IMG/VR virus record: IMGVR_UViG_3300026478_000263
DNA: 64,000 nt
Strand: one strand, 5' to 3'
DNA from: a virus
Lineage: Duplodnaviria; Heunggongvirae; Uroviricota; Caudoviricetes
Under the pieces are notes generated by a model, which saw nothing but the letters and a program-made list of their open reading frames with translations, did no database searches and was not told the DNA's origin. The stretch's first letter is position 1, and each line of letters begins with the position of its first letter. The position numbers were made by a program, and so were the translations under genes. Shown here in pieces: positions 10,990-23,100 of this stretch.

Positions 10990-11001
10990 TACCTATATAC
11001 T
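10973..11001 (+). promoter_or_regulatory. sigma70-type promoter for queD
   Basis: TTGACA(10973-10978)-17 nt-TATACT(10996-11001). Confidence 0.85.
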
Positions 11002-11009
11002 GTATCAAT

Positions 11010-11048
11010 AGAGGACTAGACGCTCACCCCTCTTTAAATACTCTGCGT
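11010..11048 (+). ncRNA. preQ1-I-like riboswitch aptamer (candidate) in the queD leader
   Basis: P1 AGAGG/CCUCU, loop ACUAGACGCUCACC, A/U-rich tail, pseudoknot ACGC/GCGU; starts at predicted +1 and precedes queD. Confidence 0.6.
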
Positions 11049-11079
11049 GTCATCAAACTTAACTTAAAAAGGGCAAGAG

Positions 11080-11637
11080 ATGACTTGGATCATTGATAAA
11101 ACATTTGAATTTTGTTATGGACATCGTGTTCATACACAAACACTAAACGGCGAATATGCGGCAGACTTGAAATGTGCTTGCAGACATTTACATGGACACG
11201 AAGGTAAAATGCAGGTTCATTTAACAGGCGACGGATTAGATAAAACTGGAATGGTCACTGACTTTAGACATTTAGAATGGCTAAAGAAATGGATCAACAC
11301 TTATATTGATCATCAATTTATTATTGATAAAAACGATCCGCTGTTTACTAAGATGCTGGGAGAAAAAGTCGAGCTAATTCCAGTGTATGTTCCAGAAACC
11401 GAATACGTTGCAGGTTGGCATATTCATCCAATCTATTATGCTAATATGTCTGGTCCTGAACAAGAATACTACGAAGGATTTATGGTAGTAGACTTTGTTC
11501 CAACATCGGAACACCTAAGTAGTTGGATGGCAGAATTAGTTGATGTCAAAATGAAAAAATTAGGCGTCAAAGTTCACAGCATCGAATGGTGGGAAACTCC
11601 TAAGAGTCGTAGTGTTTTTTATAAAGATGGTACGTAA
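11080..11637 (+). CDS. queD: 6-carboxy-5,6,7,8-tetrahydropterin synthase
   Basis: FEFCYGHR, CRHLHGH, GMVTDF, DHQFI, PTSEHL, WETPKS. Confidence 0.92.
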   Translation: MTWIIDKTFEFCYGHRVHTQTLNGEYAADLKCACRHLHGHEGKMQVHLTGDGLDKTGMVTDFRHLEWLKKWINTYIDHQFIIDKNDPLFTKMLGEKVELIPVYVPETEYVAGWHIHPIYYANMSGPEQEYYEGFMVVDFVPTSEHLSSWMAELVDVKMKKLGVKVHSIEWWETPKSRSVFYKDGT

Positions 11638-11788
11638 GTTTTGGAGACTATGGGCCAAGGCACTAGGAGAGAAAGCCGGTGTTACCAAACAAGAAGCGGA
11701 CAGGATTGCATTGATTCGAACTGTTATTGTATTGACTTATATAATAACTAACATATTCATTGTAGCGGGTGTAATAAGGCACTGGTAA
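11627..11788 (+). CDS. small membrane protein, 53 aa (absent from ORF track)
   Basis: MVRKFWRLWAKALGEKAG...IALIRTVIVLTYIITNIFIVAGVIRHW; TAATG-coupled to next gene. Confidence 0.7.
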   Translation: MVRKFWRLWAKALGEKAGVTKQEADRIALIRTVIVLTYIITNIFIVAGVIRHW

Positions 11789-12483
11789 TGCTAAACGTCA
11801 TTAGTTTAAAACACGGTACAAAGTACGGTCCGGAATATGTAAACAAACTTTACAATATGGTCTCAAGGCACTTAACTGTGCCTTTTGATTTTTATTGCTT
11901 TACTGAAGATCCTACAAACTTAAATCCTGCAATTAAAATTAAACCCTTGCCCAAAGGACTGTTTTCTGGTTGGTGGTGGAAACCATATATCTTTAAACAA
12001 GGACATTTTCCAGACGGTGATGTAAATTTGTTCTTTGATTTGGATATGGTTATTGTAGGTAATATAGACAAATTGGTTTCGTACCTGCCTGGAAATTTTG
12101 TTGGTTTGGAAGATGTAGGCAGAGTGTTTAGACGTGTGCCACCAAAATTAGGTAGTGCTGTACTGCGTTGGCCCAGTAACCATTTCAGCAATATTTGGGA
12201 CGATTTGGAAAACAATCCAGCGTTAACCAAAAAGTTCCCAGGTGATCAAGATTGGATTTGGCAGTCACACAAAAGTATTATAAAATTTTTCCCTGAAACT
12301 TGGATACAGAGCTACAAGTGGGAAATAAGACAGCGGGAAGAGTTGATTAGGGTTCAGGGTAAAAACGTGTTTAAGACGGTGCGTAGCCCGTCTATGAACC
12401 CGGATTGTAGCGTAATTGCGTTCCACGGAACACCAAATCCCGAAGATGTCCAGGACCAAATCATTGTTGACAACTGGCAGTAA
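11788..12483 (+). CDS. GT-A fold glycosyltransferase
   Basis: KHGTKYGPEYVNKL, FYCFTED, DxD motif FDLD, GDQDWI, FHG.PNP. Confidence 0.75.
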   Translation: MLNVISLKHGTKYGPEYVNKLYNMVSRHLTVPFDFYCFTEDPTNLNPAIKIKPLPKGLFSGWWWKPYIFKQGHFPDGDVNLFFDLDMVIVGNIDKLVSYLPGNFVGLEDVGRVFRRVPPKLGSAVLRWPSNHFSNIWDDLENNPALTKKFPGDQDWIWQSHKSIIKFFPETWIQSYKWEIRQREELIRVQGKNVFKTVRSPSMNPDCSVIAFHGTPNPEDVQDQIIVDNWQ

Positions 12484-12495
12484 CGATGCTATAAT
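12467..12495 (+). promoter_or_regulatory. sigma70-type promoter for uvsE
   Basis: TTGACA(12467-12472)-17 nt-TATAAT(12490-12495), perfect consensus. Confidence 0.9.
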
Positions 12496-12523
12496 ATATT
12501 ATCGTAACTTTATCGAGAGTTTT

Positions 12524-13543
12524 GTGAACAAACGTATTGGCTTTGCCTGTAAATGGATCGACCGTCCAGATCAAGTAGACGGTATTAAACCCAAAGATGA
12601 ATGTAAGAAATACAATACAGGAGCAACAACTGTGGCTTGGCTTAACCGTCAAACCAAAGATGTGGCTGTTGAAAAATTGTGGTCTTTGCTTGAACAAAAT
12701 ATCAACTCAACTAAATTATTAGTAGAAAGGGTAGGGCAATTAGATGATGACTTACGTATGGTACGCCTTAGCAGTGATATTCTTCCTGTCTACACTGAGC
12801 CTACTTGGTGCTGGTTTTGGCGTGAAAATGATGTGCAGACATACGCCCAAAAACATTTTGCAGAAGTGGGAGATATTGCTCGTTCCCGCAACGTTCGTCT
12901 CAGTTTTCATCCTGGTCAATTTACTGTGTTGGCAAGCGACAATCCTGATATTGTTCAGCGTTCTATAGAGGAGTTTGAGTATCATGCGGATATGGCGAGA
13001 TGGATGGGGTATGGTAAAAGATTTCAGGACTTTAAGATCAACGTCCACATCGCCGGTAGAGCCGGTCCAGCCGGTATTAAAAGTGCCCTCCCGAGACTTT
13101 CCCCCGAAGCAAGAAACTGCATCACCATCGAAAATGACGAAATCACCTGGGGAATCGACTCAAGCCTCGAACTTGCCAAAGATCTCGCTTTGGTGCTAGA
13201 CATACACCATCATTGGATTAATACTGGAGAATATATTGAAGCAACTGACGACCGTGTTAAAAGGATTATCGATAGTTGGCGTGGTGTGCGCCCTGTCATA
13301 CATTATAGTGTTTCACGGGAAGAGCATCTTAATGGCCATGCCACAGACTCCGCTCCCTCCCTACTTTCACTAATGGAAAGTGGACACAAAAAAGCAAAAC
13401 TCAGAGCACATTCGAACTTCTACTGGAACACAGCAGTGAACGAATGGGCACTGAGTTTTTGGGATCAGTTTGATATTATGTGCGAAAGCAAGGCTAAAAA
13501 TCTAGCCTCGTTTGCACTACACAAACAAGCGATTACTTCTTAG
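12524..13543 (+). CDS. uvsE: UV DNA damage endonuclease (start re-called to GTG 12524)
   Basis: RIGFACK, RLSSDILP, RLSFHPGQFTVLAS, IENDE, LDIHHH, HSNFY. Confidence 0.92.
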   Translation: MNKRIGFACKWIDRPDQVDGIKPKDECKKYNTGATTVAWLNRQTKDVAVEKLWSLLEQNINSTKLLVERVGQLDDDLRMVRLSSDILPVYTEPTWCWFWRENDVQTYAQKHFAEVGDIARSRNVRLSFHPGQFTVLASDNPDIVQRSIEEFEYHADMARWMGYGKRFQDFKINVHIAGRAGPAGIKSALPRLSPEARNCITIENDEITWGIDSSLELAKDLALVLDIHHHWINTGEYIEATDDRVKRIIDSWRGVRPVIHYSVSREEHLNGHATDSAPSLLSLMESGHKKAKLRAHSNFYWNTAVNEWALSFWDQFDIMCESKAKNLASFALHKQAITS

Positions 13544-13751
13544 GGGCTTTCTTAGCAGGAGCCTTTTTTGCGGCTGCTGGTTTACGGCCAGCGGCCTTTT
13601 TCTTAGGTGCTTCTGCTTTAGGTGCCTCAGCAACTGGAGCAGGTGCTTCTACTTTAGTTTCTTCCACTTTAGGTGCTTCAACCTTGTATGGTGCTTCTGC
13701 TACGGTTTCTTGAGACTTACCGCCAAATAGTTTTTTTAATAATGACAACAT
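13533..13751 (-). CDS. small Lys/Ala/Pro-rich protein (start re-called to 13751)
   Basis: GGAG SD and TATAAATA upstream on minus; MLSLLKKLFGG then EAP/PAKK-rich tail. Confidence 0.7.
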   Translation of the reverse strand: MLSLLKKLFGGKSQETVAEAPYKVEAPKVEETKVEAPAPVAEAPKAEAPKKKAAGRKPAAAKKAPAKKAPKK

Positions 13752-13773
13752 TCTAGTGTCCTCCATGAGCAAA

Positions 13774-13781
13774 TATTTATA
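13774..13781 (-). promoter_or_regulatory. T4-like late promoter
   Basis: TATAAATA on minus strand upstream of the 13751 start. Confidence 0.7.
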
Positions 13782-14064
13782 GTTTACTAATATCATCCAG
13801 GCTCGAAACAGTCTTATCCCATATGATTTTGCGTTCTGCACCTTTTTTCTGTGCAAATCTCTTAGGATCGCAACTAGGGCAACAGTGAAAGAAATTATTG
13901 TTTAACCTATTAGGATCCATTGATCCTTTAGTCCTAGTAAATGTTTCACCGCAGTTATCACAGCGCAGGACTACAATAGTTTTTTTACGTTCATAAGTAT
14001 GCTCACGACCAAGTTTACTAGTTCGTGTATGCTGACTTTTTTCTGTATCTATACGTATGAACAT
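13777..14064 (-). CDS. zinc-ribbon protein
   Basis: RCDNCGETF...HCCPSC; TAAATA just upstream on minus. Confidence 0.7.
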   Translation of the reverse strand: MFIRIDTEKSQHTRTSKLGREHTYERKKTIVVLRCDNCGETFTRTKGSMDPNRLNNNFFHCCPSCDPKRFAQKKGAERKIIWDKTVSSLDDISKL

Positions 14065-14068
14065 CAGT

Positions 14069-14104
14069 TATTTACATTAAGGTTATAAAATTATCTGCTA
14101 AATA
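14069..14104. promoter_or_regulatory. divergent pair of late promoters
   Basis: TAAATA on minus (14069-14074) and CTAAATA on plus (14098-14104). Confidence 0.6.
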
Positions 14105-14134
14105 TTGGATACAAAGTCTTTTTTGGAGTATTCA

Positions 14135-17100
14135 ATGGCACGTAAAATAGTCGACATCGGCGTATCAGGTAATGACGGAACTGGTGATAGTATCCGTGAA
14201 GCGTTTAGAAAAACGAATGAAAACTTCCAAGAGTTATATGCTGTTTTCGGTCAAGGCGGATTTTTAAAGTTCACTGACCTTAGCGATACTCCTGATACAT
14301 TAGTAGGACAAGGTAATAAGATTCCAGTAGTTAATTCTATTGGTACTAGTTTAGTATTCAAAGACTTTTTCAGTCCTAACGGTACTATCCAGTTTGATTA
14401 TTCCGAGCAAGAAACCTTTGATATTGTTAGTGTATCAAGAAGTAGCAACGTTGCCACTATTACACTTTCAGCAAACCACAATTTAGATCCTGGACAACGA
14501 GTTACAATCGCGTCCACAGACAATACTTCATTTAACACTACTTCTGCCCTATTGTTAACTGGCACAGTAGACAATGTTCTAGTATATACAAACGCAGGAA
14601 CAAACTTATCAACTAGTGCGGCAACTGGTACTATTACCAGTTACGGTTCCGTTAAAATTGATACATTAAGTTCTAAATTACAGGACGACCCATTACCAAA
14701 ATTACAATATGCGCTGGATGCACGTAATCAATTAATCGGCGGCTTACGCAGTCCTATTAATCAAACAGATTTCCAAACTGCTGTTAATAGTTTCAACACA
14801 CAGCACGAAACTCTTTATAGCATAGATTCCTTTGCTATTAACAAAGGTTATGCCGACTCCAAATATGTAAACATTACAGGCGACACAATGACTGGTCACT
14901 TAAATGTGCCAGCAAACGCCACAGGTAACCAAGCACCACGTGCCGCAGAAGTTGTATTAAAAACTGGCGGCGATATGACTGGTGTGCTAAACTTAGCAGA
15001 TCATCCAGGCGGACTTGCAGGTGCTGGTACGCCTAACGGAGAAGATGACTTACAAGCCGCTACAAAATATTATGTAGATAATTCAAGTTATTCAAGCAGA
15101 TTTAACTTGTACGTTACCACAGGCGGTGACGACACACAGGCACGTACACCGCGTGGAAAAGAAGGACGCGATCGTTCTTATGCTTATGCAAGTATTAACA
15201 AAGCCTGTCAAAAAGCAGAACAATTAGTAAATGATGCACCATGGGAAACTGGTCCTTATCGTCAGTTAATTGCCTACGGTGGCGGTGAAGCGTTCTCTGA
15301 AGTTACAAGAATTGAATCTGGTGCATCTGGTACTACTCGTGTTTACTTTACTAACAACGGTGGTTCTCGTGTTGACCAAGGTCAATTACCAAAACCAGAT
15401 ATTGTCTCCGGTAAGATTGTTGTTGGACGTACCAGCGGCGCACAGGGTTTCATTTATCAATACTATGGCTCCGATGGTAGTTCAAGTATCGGCGAAGACT
15501 ATTTTGACTTGCAGGATGTTATTGGTGATTTTGTGCCTGGCGAAAACCTAGAGTTTGACCAAGCAGTTAAAAATATCCAAATTAGTATTGTTGTTGAATC
15601 TGGTATCTATTTTGAAGACTATCCAATTCGTGTCCCGCCAAACGTTGCTATCGTTGGTGACGAATTGCGTAGATGTATTGTTCGTCCAGCGGACCGCCCA
15701 AGTCGCAGTCCATGGGTTGACGTTTGGTTCCGTAGAGATAAAACATTTGACGGATTAACTTTAACCAGCACAGAATACGGTTATCACTATCTAACAGACC
15801 CGTCTGATATTTTAAGTGAACCAAAGAACAACAGAGACCTTGACGTATTCTTATGTAACGATGCTGTTATTATTCGTCAGATTACCTGTCAAGGCCACGG
15901 CGGCTTTATGATGGTACTTGACCCAGAAGGTCAAATTTTAACCAAGTCTGCATATATTCAACAGTCCGGTTCTTTTGCAGGATCACTAAACAAACAACGT
16001 TTTGCTGGTGGACAGTATGTTGACGGCTTTGCTGGTAACGTTCCTCTTAAGATTCAAGAAAAAATCAGCGACACAGAATTCCTAGTAACAGGCAGTGAAC
16101 GTGCTCCAACAACTCCTTGCTCATTTGTTATTGACGGAAGAACTTTTAAAGTTGAAGCATACACTGATGACGGCAACGGCTATGGAAATGCTAGAAAATT
16201 AATTCGTCGAAACATCGACTTTATCAAAGCAGAAGTTATTGGTTATATTAATACAGAACTAAGTCCACCATTTACATTCAACGAAACCAAATGTGCTCGT
16301 GACGTTGGATTGATTGTTGATGCACTAGGTTACGATCTAGCACTAGGTACAAACTTTAATGCTGTACGTGCTGGACAATCATACTATCGCGGCACACAAT
16401 ACAGTATTCTTCCAGACCAAAAAGATGAATACTTAGATGCGTTAATCTATACAAGAACATTAATTTCTGATGTATTAGCCGGTAACTCTGTTGCACGTCT
16501 AAGAGCAGAAGCAAGTTTTGATGAGATAACAGATATCATTGCTAACGGTATTATTTCATCAGATACAATTACATGGTCAGATCCGTCAGGTGCTCCTACT
16601 TCAAGAGTAAATGCAAAAAATCTTATTTTAGATAACATTGAATTTATTAAAGAAGAAATTATTGCCTGGATTGCTGAAGAATATCCAGACTTTGTCTACG
16701 ACGAAGACAAGTGTCGTCGAGATGCGGCATACATTTTAAATTCTATTGTTTACGACTTACTATATGAAGGTAACTCGGCAACTGTAGAAGCCGGATATCA
16801 ATATTACGATGGTAACGGAAGTTTGCAAATTCCTGGACAAACATTGCAAACCACAGAAGCATTGGCCTATGCCAGTGGTGTTGCACAGTTAGTTGTTACT
16901 AATACTCCTGTTCCGTTCCCTAAACAAAGTGCTGTAACACAGGTATTTGATTTAGTTAATCCAGGTAGCGCAACTGAATCTGCTAGAGTAGGTGTGTTAA
17001 TGGGCTACATTAATACTATTATTTTAAGCGGACGTGAAGCGGCTCCTACTATTGAATATCCAACTTTCTATAGTGTGTCTGGTTCGTTAACAGACAGCAG

Positions 17101-20100
17101 AACATTATTGTTAAACAACAAAGAAAGTATCAAGTCTGACACATTAGTTTATCTACAACAAAGATATAGTTACAACCAAGATACTTGTGCTCGTGACACT
17201 GGATACATCTGCGATGCTATTGCACACGACATTTATTATAGCGGTAATTTAAAAACAGTTCAGGCAGCTCTAGCATACTTCAATGCTAGTGCTAGTTCTA
17301 AGATTGTTATTGACCAGCAGTTGGCCAACACACTTGCGGCTATTAACTACATTGAAACATTGATATTAAATGTTATTAATAACGAAGATCCAACAGTACG
17401 ATATCAACAATCTGTTCTACAGTATATCGATACCGATATTACCGATGGCGGCTTAGCAGAAGCAACTATTCAAGATTTGTTTGACGAGTTCATTGGCATT
17501 TTAGAAAATCCGCCAAGTGCTCGTGGTGCTCGTGCATTGTTAGTCGATAATAAAGATTTTATCAAAGCAGAAGTTATTAACTACATTAACAACAAATATG
17601 TAGGATTTACCTATGATTCTGCTACATGTCAACGTGACGTGGGTTATGTAATTGATGCTATTGGTTACGACTTAATGTTTGGCGGCAACTTCCAGACAAT
17701 TACAGCGGCAAGATCTTATTACAGAGCTTCAGCCGCTGTGGCTGTTGGCGTACAAAAAGCCGCAACTATTGACGCATTTACTTTCTTAAGAGATGAAATA
17801 TTATCTGTTGTTAGTGCAAGTGCTACCGCAGTTACTAGTGTAACTACCAACATGAATATGTTCTTAGATGTTATTACTAACGGACTAACTCAAGAACCTG
17901 CAATCGTAACTCCTGATCCAACAGGCTACGATGTAAATTATAATCGTGCTAGAACACTGATTGAATCTAACAGAGAATTTATTAAAGCAGAAGTAATTCA
18001 ATATATTTCTAACAACTATGTTGGATTAAGTTATGACCCTGCTGTATGCTTACGTGATACAGAATACATTTTAGATGCACTATATCACGACCTAACCTAC
18101 GGTGGTAACATTCAAACATTGATTGCTGGTAAGGCTTATTATTCTTACACAACTCTACAAGTTGCGGCTCCTGAGAAACCAGCAACATTGGCCGCATATG
18201 GTTATCTACAAAGTCTAGTTGAAGACATTGCATTAGACTTACCTATTACTGCATTACAAGGTGGTGTTGCGCAGGTTCGCGGTACTCCAGGTAACAGTTC
18301 TGCCAGTGCTACTGCTGGACAGCGTATTGGAGAAATTTTAACAATTATCGACCTTGGGCTCGGTTCTGTTCCTTCAACAATTACTCCAAGTACTGCTTGG
18401 GTAAGTGCTGGCTTAACTGGTGCAAATTCTGCACTACAAAGTGCTAAGTCAACTTTACAAACTGCTGTAACAAATTATATCGATGCTAATTATACAAACA
18501 CATTAGTTTACAATGAAGAAATTTGTTCACGAGACGTTGGCTTTATTGTTGCCGCAGTTTCAGCAGACTTGTTATATGGCGGAACATACTTAACAATTCG
18601 TGCCGCACAGCGTTACTATGTAGGTACTGCTAGTAGCCGTGTTGTATTAGAAAATCAATTATCACAAACATTAGATTCATTTGCCTATGCCAAGGAAGTT
18701 GCACAGGCTGTATTGAATCAAGTTCCACCAACATTAAATTATCAAGTTATTAACGATGTTGCTGTAGAGAATAGAGTATCACAGGTATTCAGTTCTGACT
18801 ACGACGGCTCTGCATTTGTTACACGAGCAGGACAGTTGTTTGATTTATTAAACGAAGTTATTACAGACCCGGAAGTAGATGTTTCAACAGTATTAACTGG
18901 TGCCAAACCTATCGTTTACCCAACATACAGATTAGTTCTTTCTACAACTACTCCTGTAACTAACGACTTAGAATATACTATTTCTACCTTCACTAGCAAG
19001 GCAGACTCGGGCGTCGGGGATGGATCTTACGATGTAGTATTCAGCATTGTTACGCCCGTTGGAACTACTGCTCCTAGAACTAAAACACGTTATAGAGTGT
19101 TTGGCAACAGCAACTCTAACTATAACAATGATGCTGTAGAGTGTGTAGCATCTACACTAACTTCGATGACACTACGTTATCCAAGTGACCCGGGTGCATT
19201 TGGCACTGGCACTACTACCATAGAGTATGTAAAAGACTTTATGCTACTAAGTGCTGGTAACACCAGTATGTGTTCAAATGACTTTACACAGATTAACGAC
19301 TTAGGTTATGGACTGGTTGCTACAAACATTGGTTTGATTGAAACAGTTTCTGTGTTCAGTTACTATTGCTGGACTGCTTATTATGCCAACAACGGTGGAC
19401 AGATTCGTTCATTGAACGGTTCTAACGCACACGGCGAGTATGGTATTATTTCTGAAGGTAGTGATCCATTAGAAGTTCCAGATAAGTGTAACTTGTCAGA
19501 CAACATGATGCAGGTTGCTCGTGTTTACAAACAAGGAATTTATAGCACAGACAACGATGTTGGTGATTTACAGGTATTTTTCTACCAACATGATTACTCA
19601 CCATACAACGTATCTGAAGTTGAAATTAACCACGGCGCTGGCGTTGTTACAGAACTAGACGCAACTAGTTTAATCGGTGGTAGTGGTTATACCAACGGCA
19701 CATATATTAATGTTCCGTTAACAGGCGGAACTGGTAGTGGTATCACTGCTAACATTGTTGTGTCAGGAGGTGTAGTAACTACTGTAGGTTTAGTTGCCGC
19801 AGGTATTAGATACAGCGAAGGTGATATTTTAAGTTGCAGTAATACAAACGTAGGCGGAACAGGTTCGGGCTTCTTTATCACTGTTAAAACTATTATTGGT
19901 AACGGTATTGCTCGTTACGAAGTTGCAGGTGTAACTGATGTTTCAAGTACCTTGGCACAGTCTGTTTCTGGAACACCACTTAAGACTGGGCCAACAGGCG
20001 GAAAATATTACGTAACATATTCGTTCACTGCTGAACCATATACACCAAGAATTGGTGTACCTTACACAGTTAGTGGATCAACAACTTCTGGGTTTAACGG

Positions 20101-23100
20101 TGTATATACTGCTACCGCTAGTACAACATCTAGTGTTACACTAGAGTACAGTACCAATCCTGGAACATGGGCAGGCGGTTTGGCTAGCCTATGGGGCCTA
20201 GGCAACGTTCTACGTCTAAACATCAACACTGGCGGTAATAATGATACTGCTACAAACGGCTTGGCCGTAGCATTGTCACATGACCAACCAATTATTATTC
20301 GCAGTAACCAAAACTTTAAGTTCTACGAAGTCGATGACACTAACCCGGTTCGTCCAAGTACTGCATTGACATTCGTCGGTGATCCCGATGCAGGTGCTAT
20401 TGTTTATCGTGTGTTAGCATACGGTAACAAAGGTCCATTAAATGAAGACCTTGCGGTAGACGAAAGTATTCTAGGCTTCGATACAACTTACGATTATGTA
20501 AAATTACTAGTCAATGCAGAAAATGTATCTAACGCTGATCCAGATAATGTTGGACAGACTATGGGGTCGACTGCTGGTGATACTAAGATTGCCATCGACC
20601 GTGTAAACGAAACTGACATTGAAAGCAGACTTAATACCGGAGATATGATTACTGCCTGGGATGGCAAGATTCATAAAATTTTAAGTTACACTGACATGGG
20701 GTTATTAGCCGGTTACGCTTATGTTGAAATAGAAGATGTCGCTGATAAGTGTCTAGCAGGAACATCTGCTAGCGGTATTAATACACCAGTTGATCCAGAC
20801 TTTAACTTGGATATTTCTGAACCTCCAACATTACGTGCAGGTTTATCTAGCACAGAGCCAGCAGAAGTTATTGTACGTATTAGTACTTGCCGTGTTACAG
20901 GACATGACTTCTTAGACATTGGTACTGGAGGCTATAACGATACTAACTTCCCAAGCAAGATTTACGGTGCTCCAAAAGAACCTAACCAAGCACGTGAAGT
21001 TACAGAACGTACAAGAGGACGTTGTTTCTATGTAACCACAGACCAAGACGGTATTTTCCGTGTAGGTCGATTCTTTACAGTTGACCAAGGTACTGGTCGT
21101 GTAACGTTTGCGGCATCTATTGCGTTGTCAAACTTAGACGGTCTAGGATTTAAGCGTGGTGTTACAGTTAGTGAATTCTCAAACGATGATAGATTTACTG
21201 ACGGTGCTAACGATGCGCTACCAACTGAAGCGGCAACACAAGGTTACATTGACAGACGTCTTGGAATGGATCGTACAAATAACGTTCTAGATCCAACTGC
21301 ACTAATTGGTCCAGGCTACATGGATCGTGCTGGTTTGTTAACATTTACTGGTCCAGATCCAATGGACATGGGCGGATTTGTTATTGCTAACTTAGGTAGT
21401 CCTACTGCTGATACAGATGCGGCTAACAAGTTATATGTTAGAAATCAAGAACTAAGCGATGACAGAGTTGATACTTCAACAAGTCCAGCAAGAAGTTTAA
21501 ATGATTTATTAGTTTATAACGGAGTTAAATGGATCAACGCTGAAACAGTTAGCACAGGCGATATTCAAACTTCATTGACTCCTGGAACTAAAAATCTTGC
21601 TTTAAACATCAAGTCTAATGTAATTATTAACGCAGACGTTAATTCTAGTGCGGCTATTGCACAAAGTAAGTTAGACATGAATAAAGCAACTACTCGTGCA
21701 AATGCTACAAGTATTGCACAGGCAGATTTGGGTCTAGCAAGTTTCAAGAGTACAGAATTTACTGCAACTAACGGTTGGATTGAGTTGCAAACATCCAGTT
21801 CAACAACTACAGGTGTATTACAAACTAAATTACAGTATATTGCCAACGACACTTATTTAGGTAATAATACAGGCAGTGCTACATATCCTCGTCAAGTAAC
21901 ATCTGGACAGATTGTTACCAACGGCGATGGTATTAAGAATGCGTCATTTGCTCCAGGATCAGTAGGTAGCAATGGTCGTGCAATGATTTTAACTGCTATT
22001 GGTCCAAACGCTTACAGTACAACAAACATTAGTACAAGTGCTCAGGCTAGTTCATTGATACAATCTGATGGTAGCGGCCGTGTTGCTGTAGCACAGTTAG
22101 ACTTAACTTCAAGTAGTTATAAGACCTTAAGCGTCAGCGGAACTACACTGACTATGACTACACCCGGTGCTGTAGACTTCTTAACAGCAGTTGGAACTAC
22201 TTCAGCAGGCACAACTATTACCACAGTTGGTACTTTAAGTGCAAACGCAATAACATCAGCAAGCACTACAACATTTAGTCCTGCTAATGCTAACGTAACA
22301 CTAAGTCCAAGTGGTACCGGTACTGTAACTATTGCTCCGGCCAGTGTCGGATCAATAAACAACGTAAACATTGGTGCAACTACTCGAGGTAATGGTTATT
22401 TTAAATTGTTGTCTGCTAACGATACAGTAACCTTAACTGCTAACCAAGCAGTAACAGGTGCTGCCAACGGTACTGGTACATTACAGGTTACAGGCGGTGC
22501 AGGTATCAGTGGCGACCTACGTGTTGGTGGAACTATCTACGGTGCTGTTACTGGTACATTGGCTGGTACACTGGGTCTAAGCACATACCTAAGTTTCACT
22601 GCTGGTTCAAGTTACGATGGTAGTACAACACGTACAATCCAAACTAACGCAACAAGTGCGGCCACAGGAAGCACATTAGTTGCACGTGACGTTAACGGTG
22701 ACTTCAACGGACGTTATATTAACAGCAGTTACTTTAACAGTAGCGACGATGTAAGTGGTGGCACCATTACATACATAATGGCTAAGTTTGGCGATAACTA
22801 CTATCGCTCTGCTACAGCCGCAAAAGTTGCTTCGTTCATTAGCGGACAGTCAATGAACATTGCAGGTAATGCAAGTACAGTTACAATTAACTATAACAAC
22901 GATAGTAACAGCACATATCAAATGTTATGGGGTAGCGGTAATAGTGTATATGGCACAGGCGGCATTTATTGTAATCCATTTACCGACACACTATACGCAA
23001 CATTATTCAATGGTACTGCTACAAGTGCTCGTTACGCTGACTTGGCTGAAAAATACTTGTCAGATGCAGAATATGAAACTGGTACTGTTGTAGTATTTGG

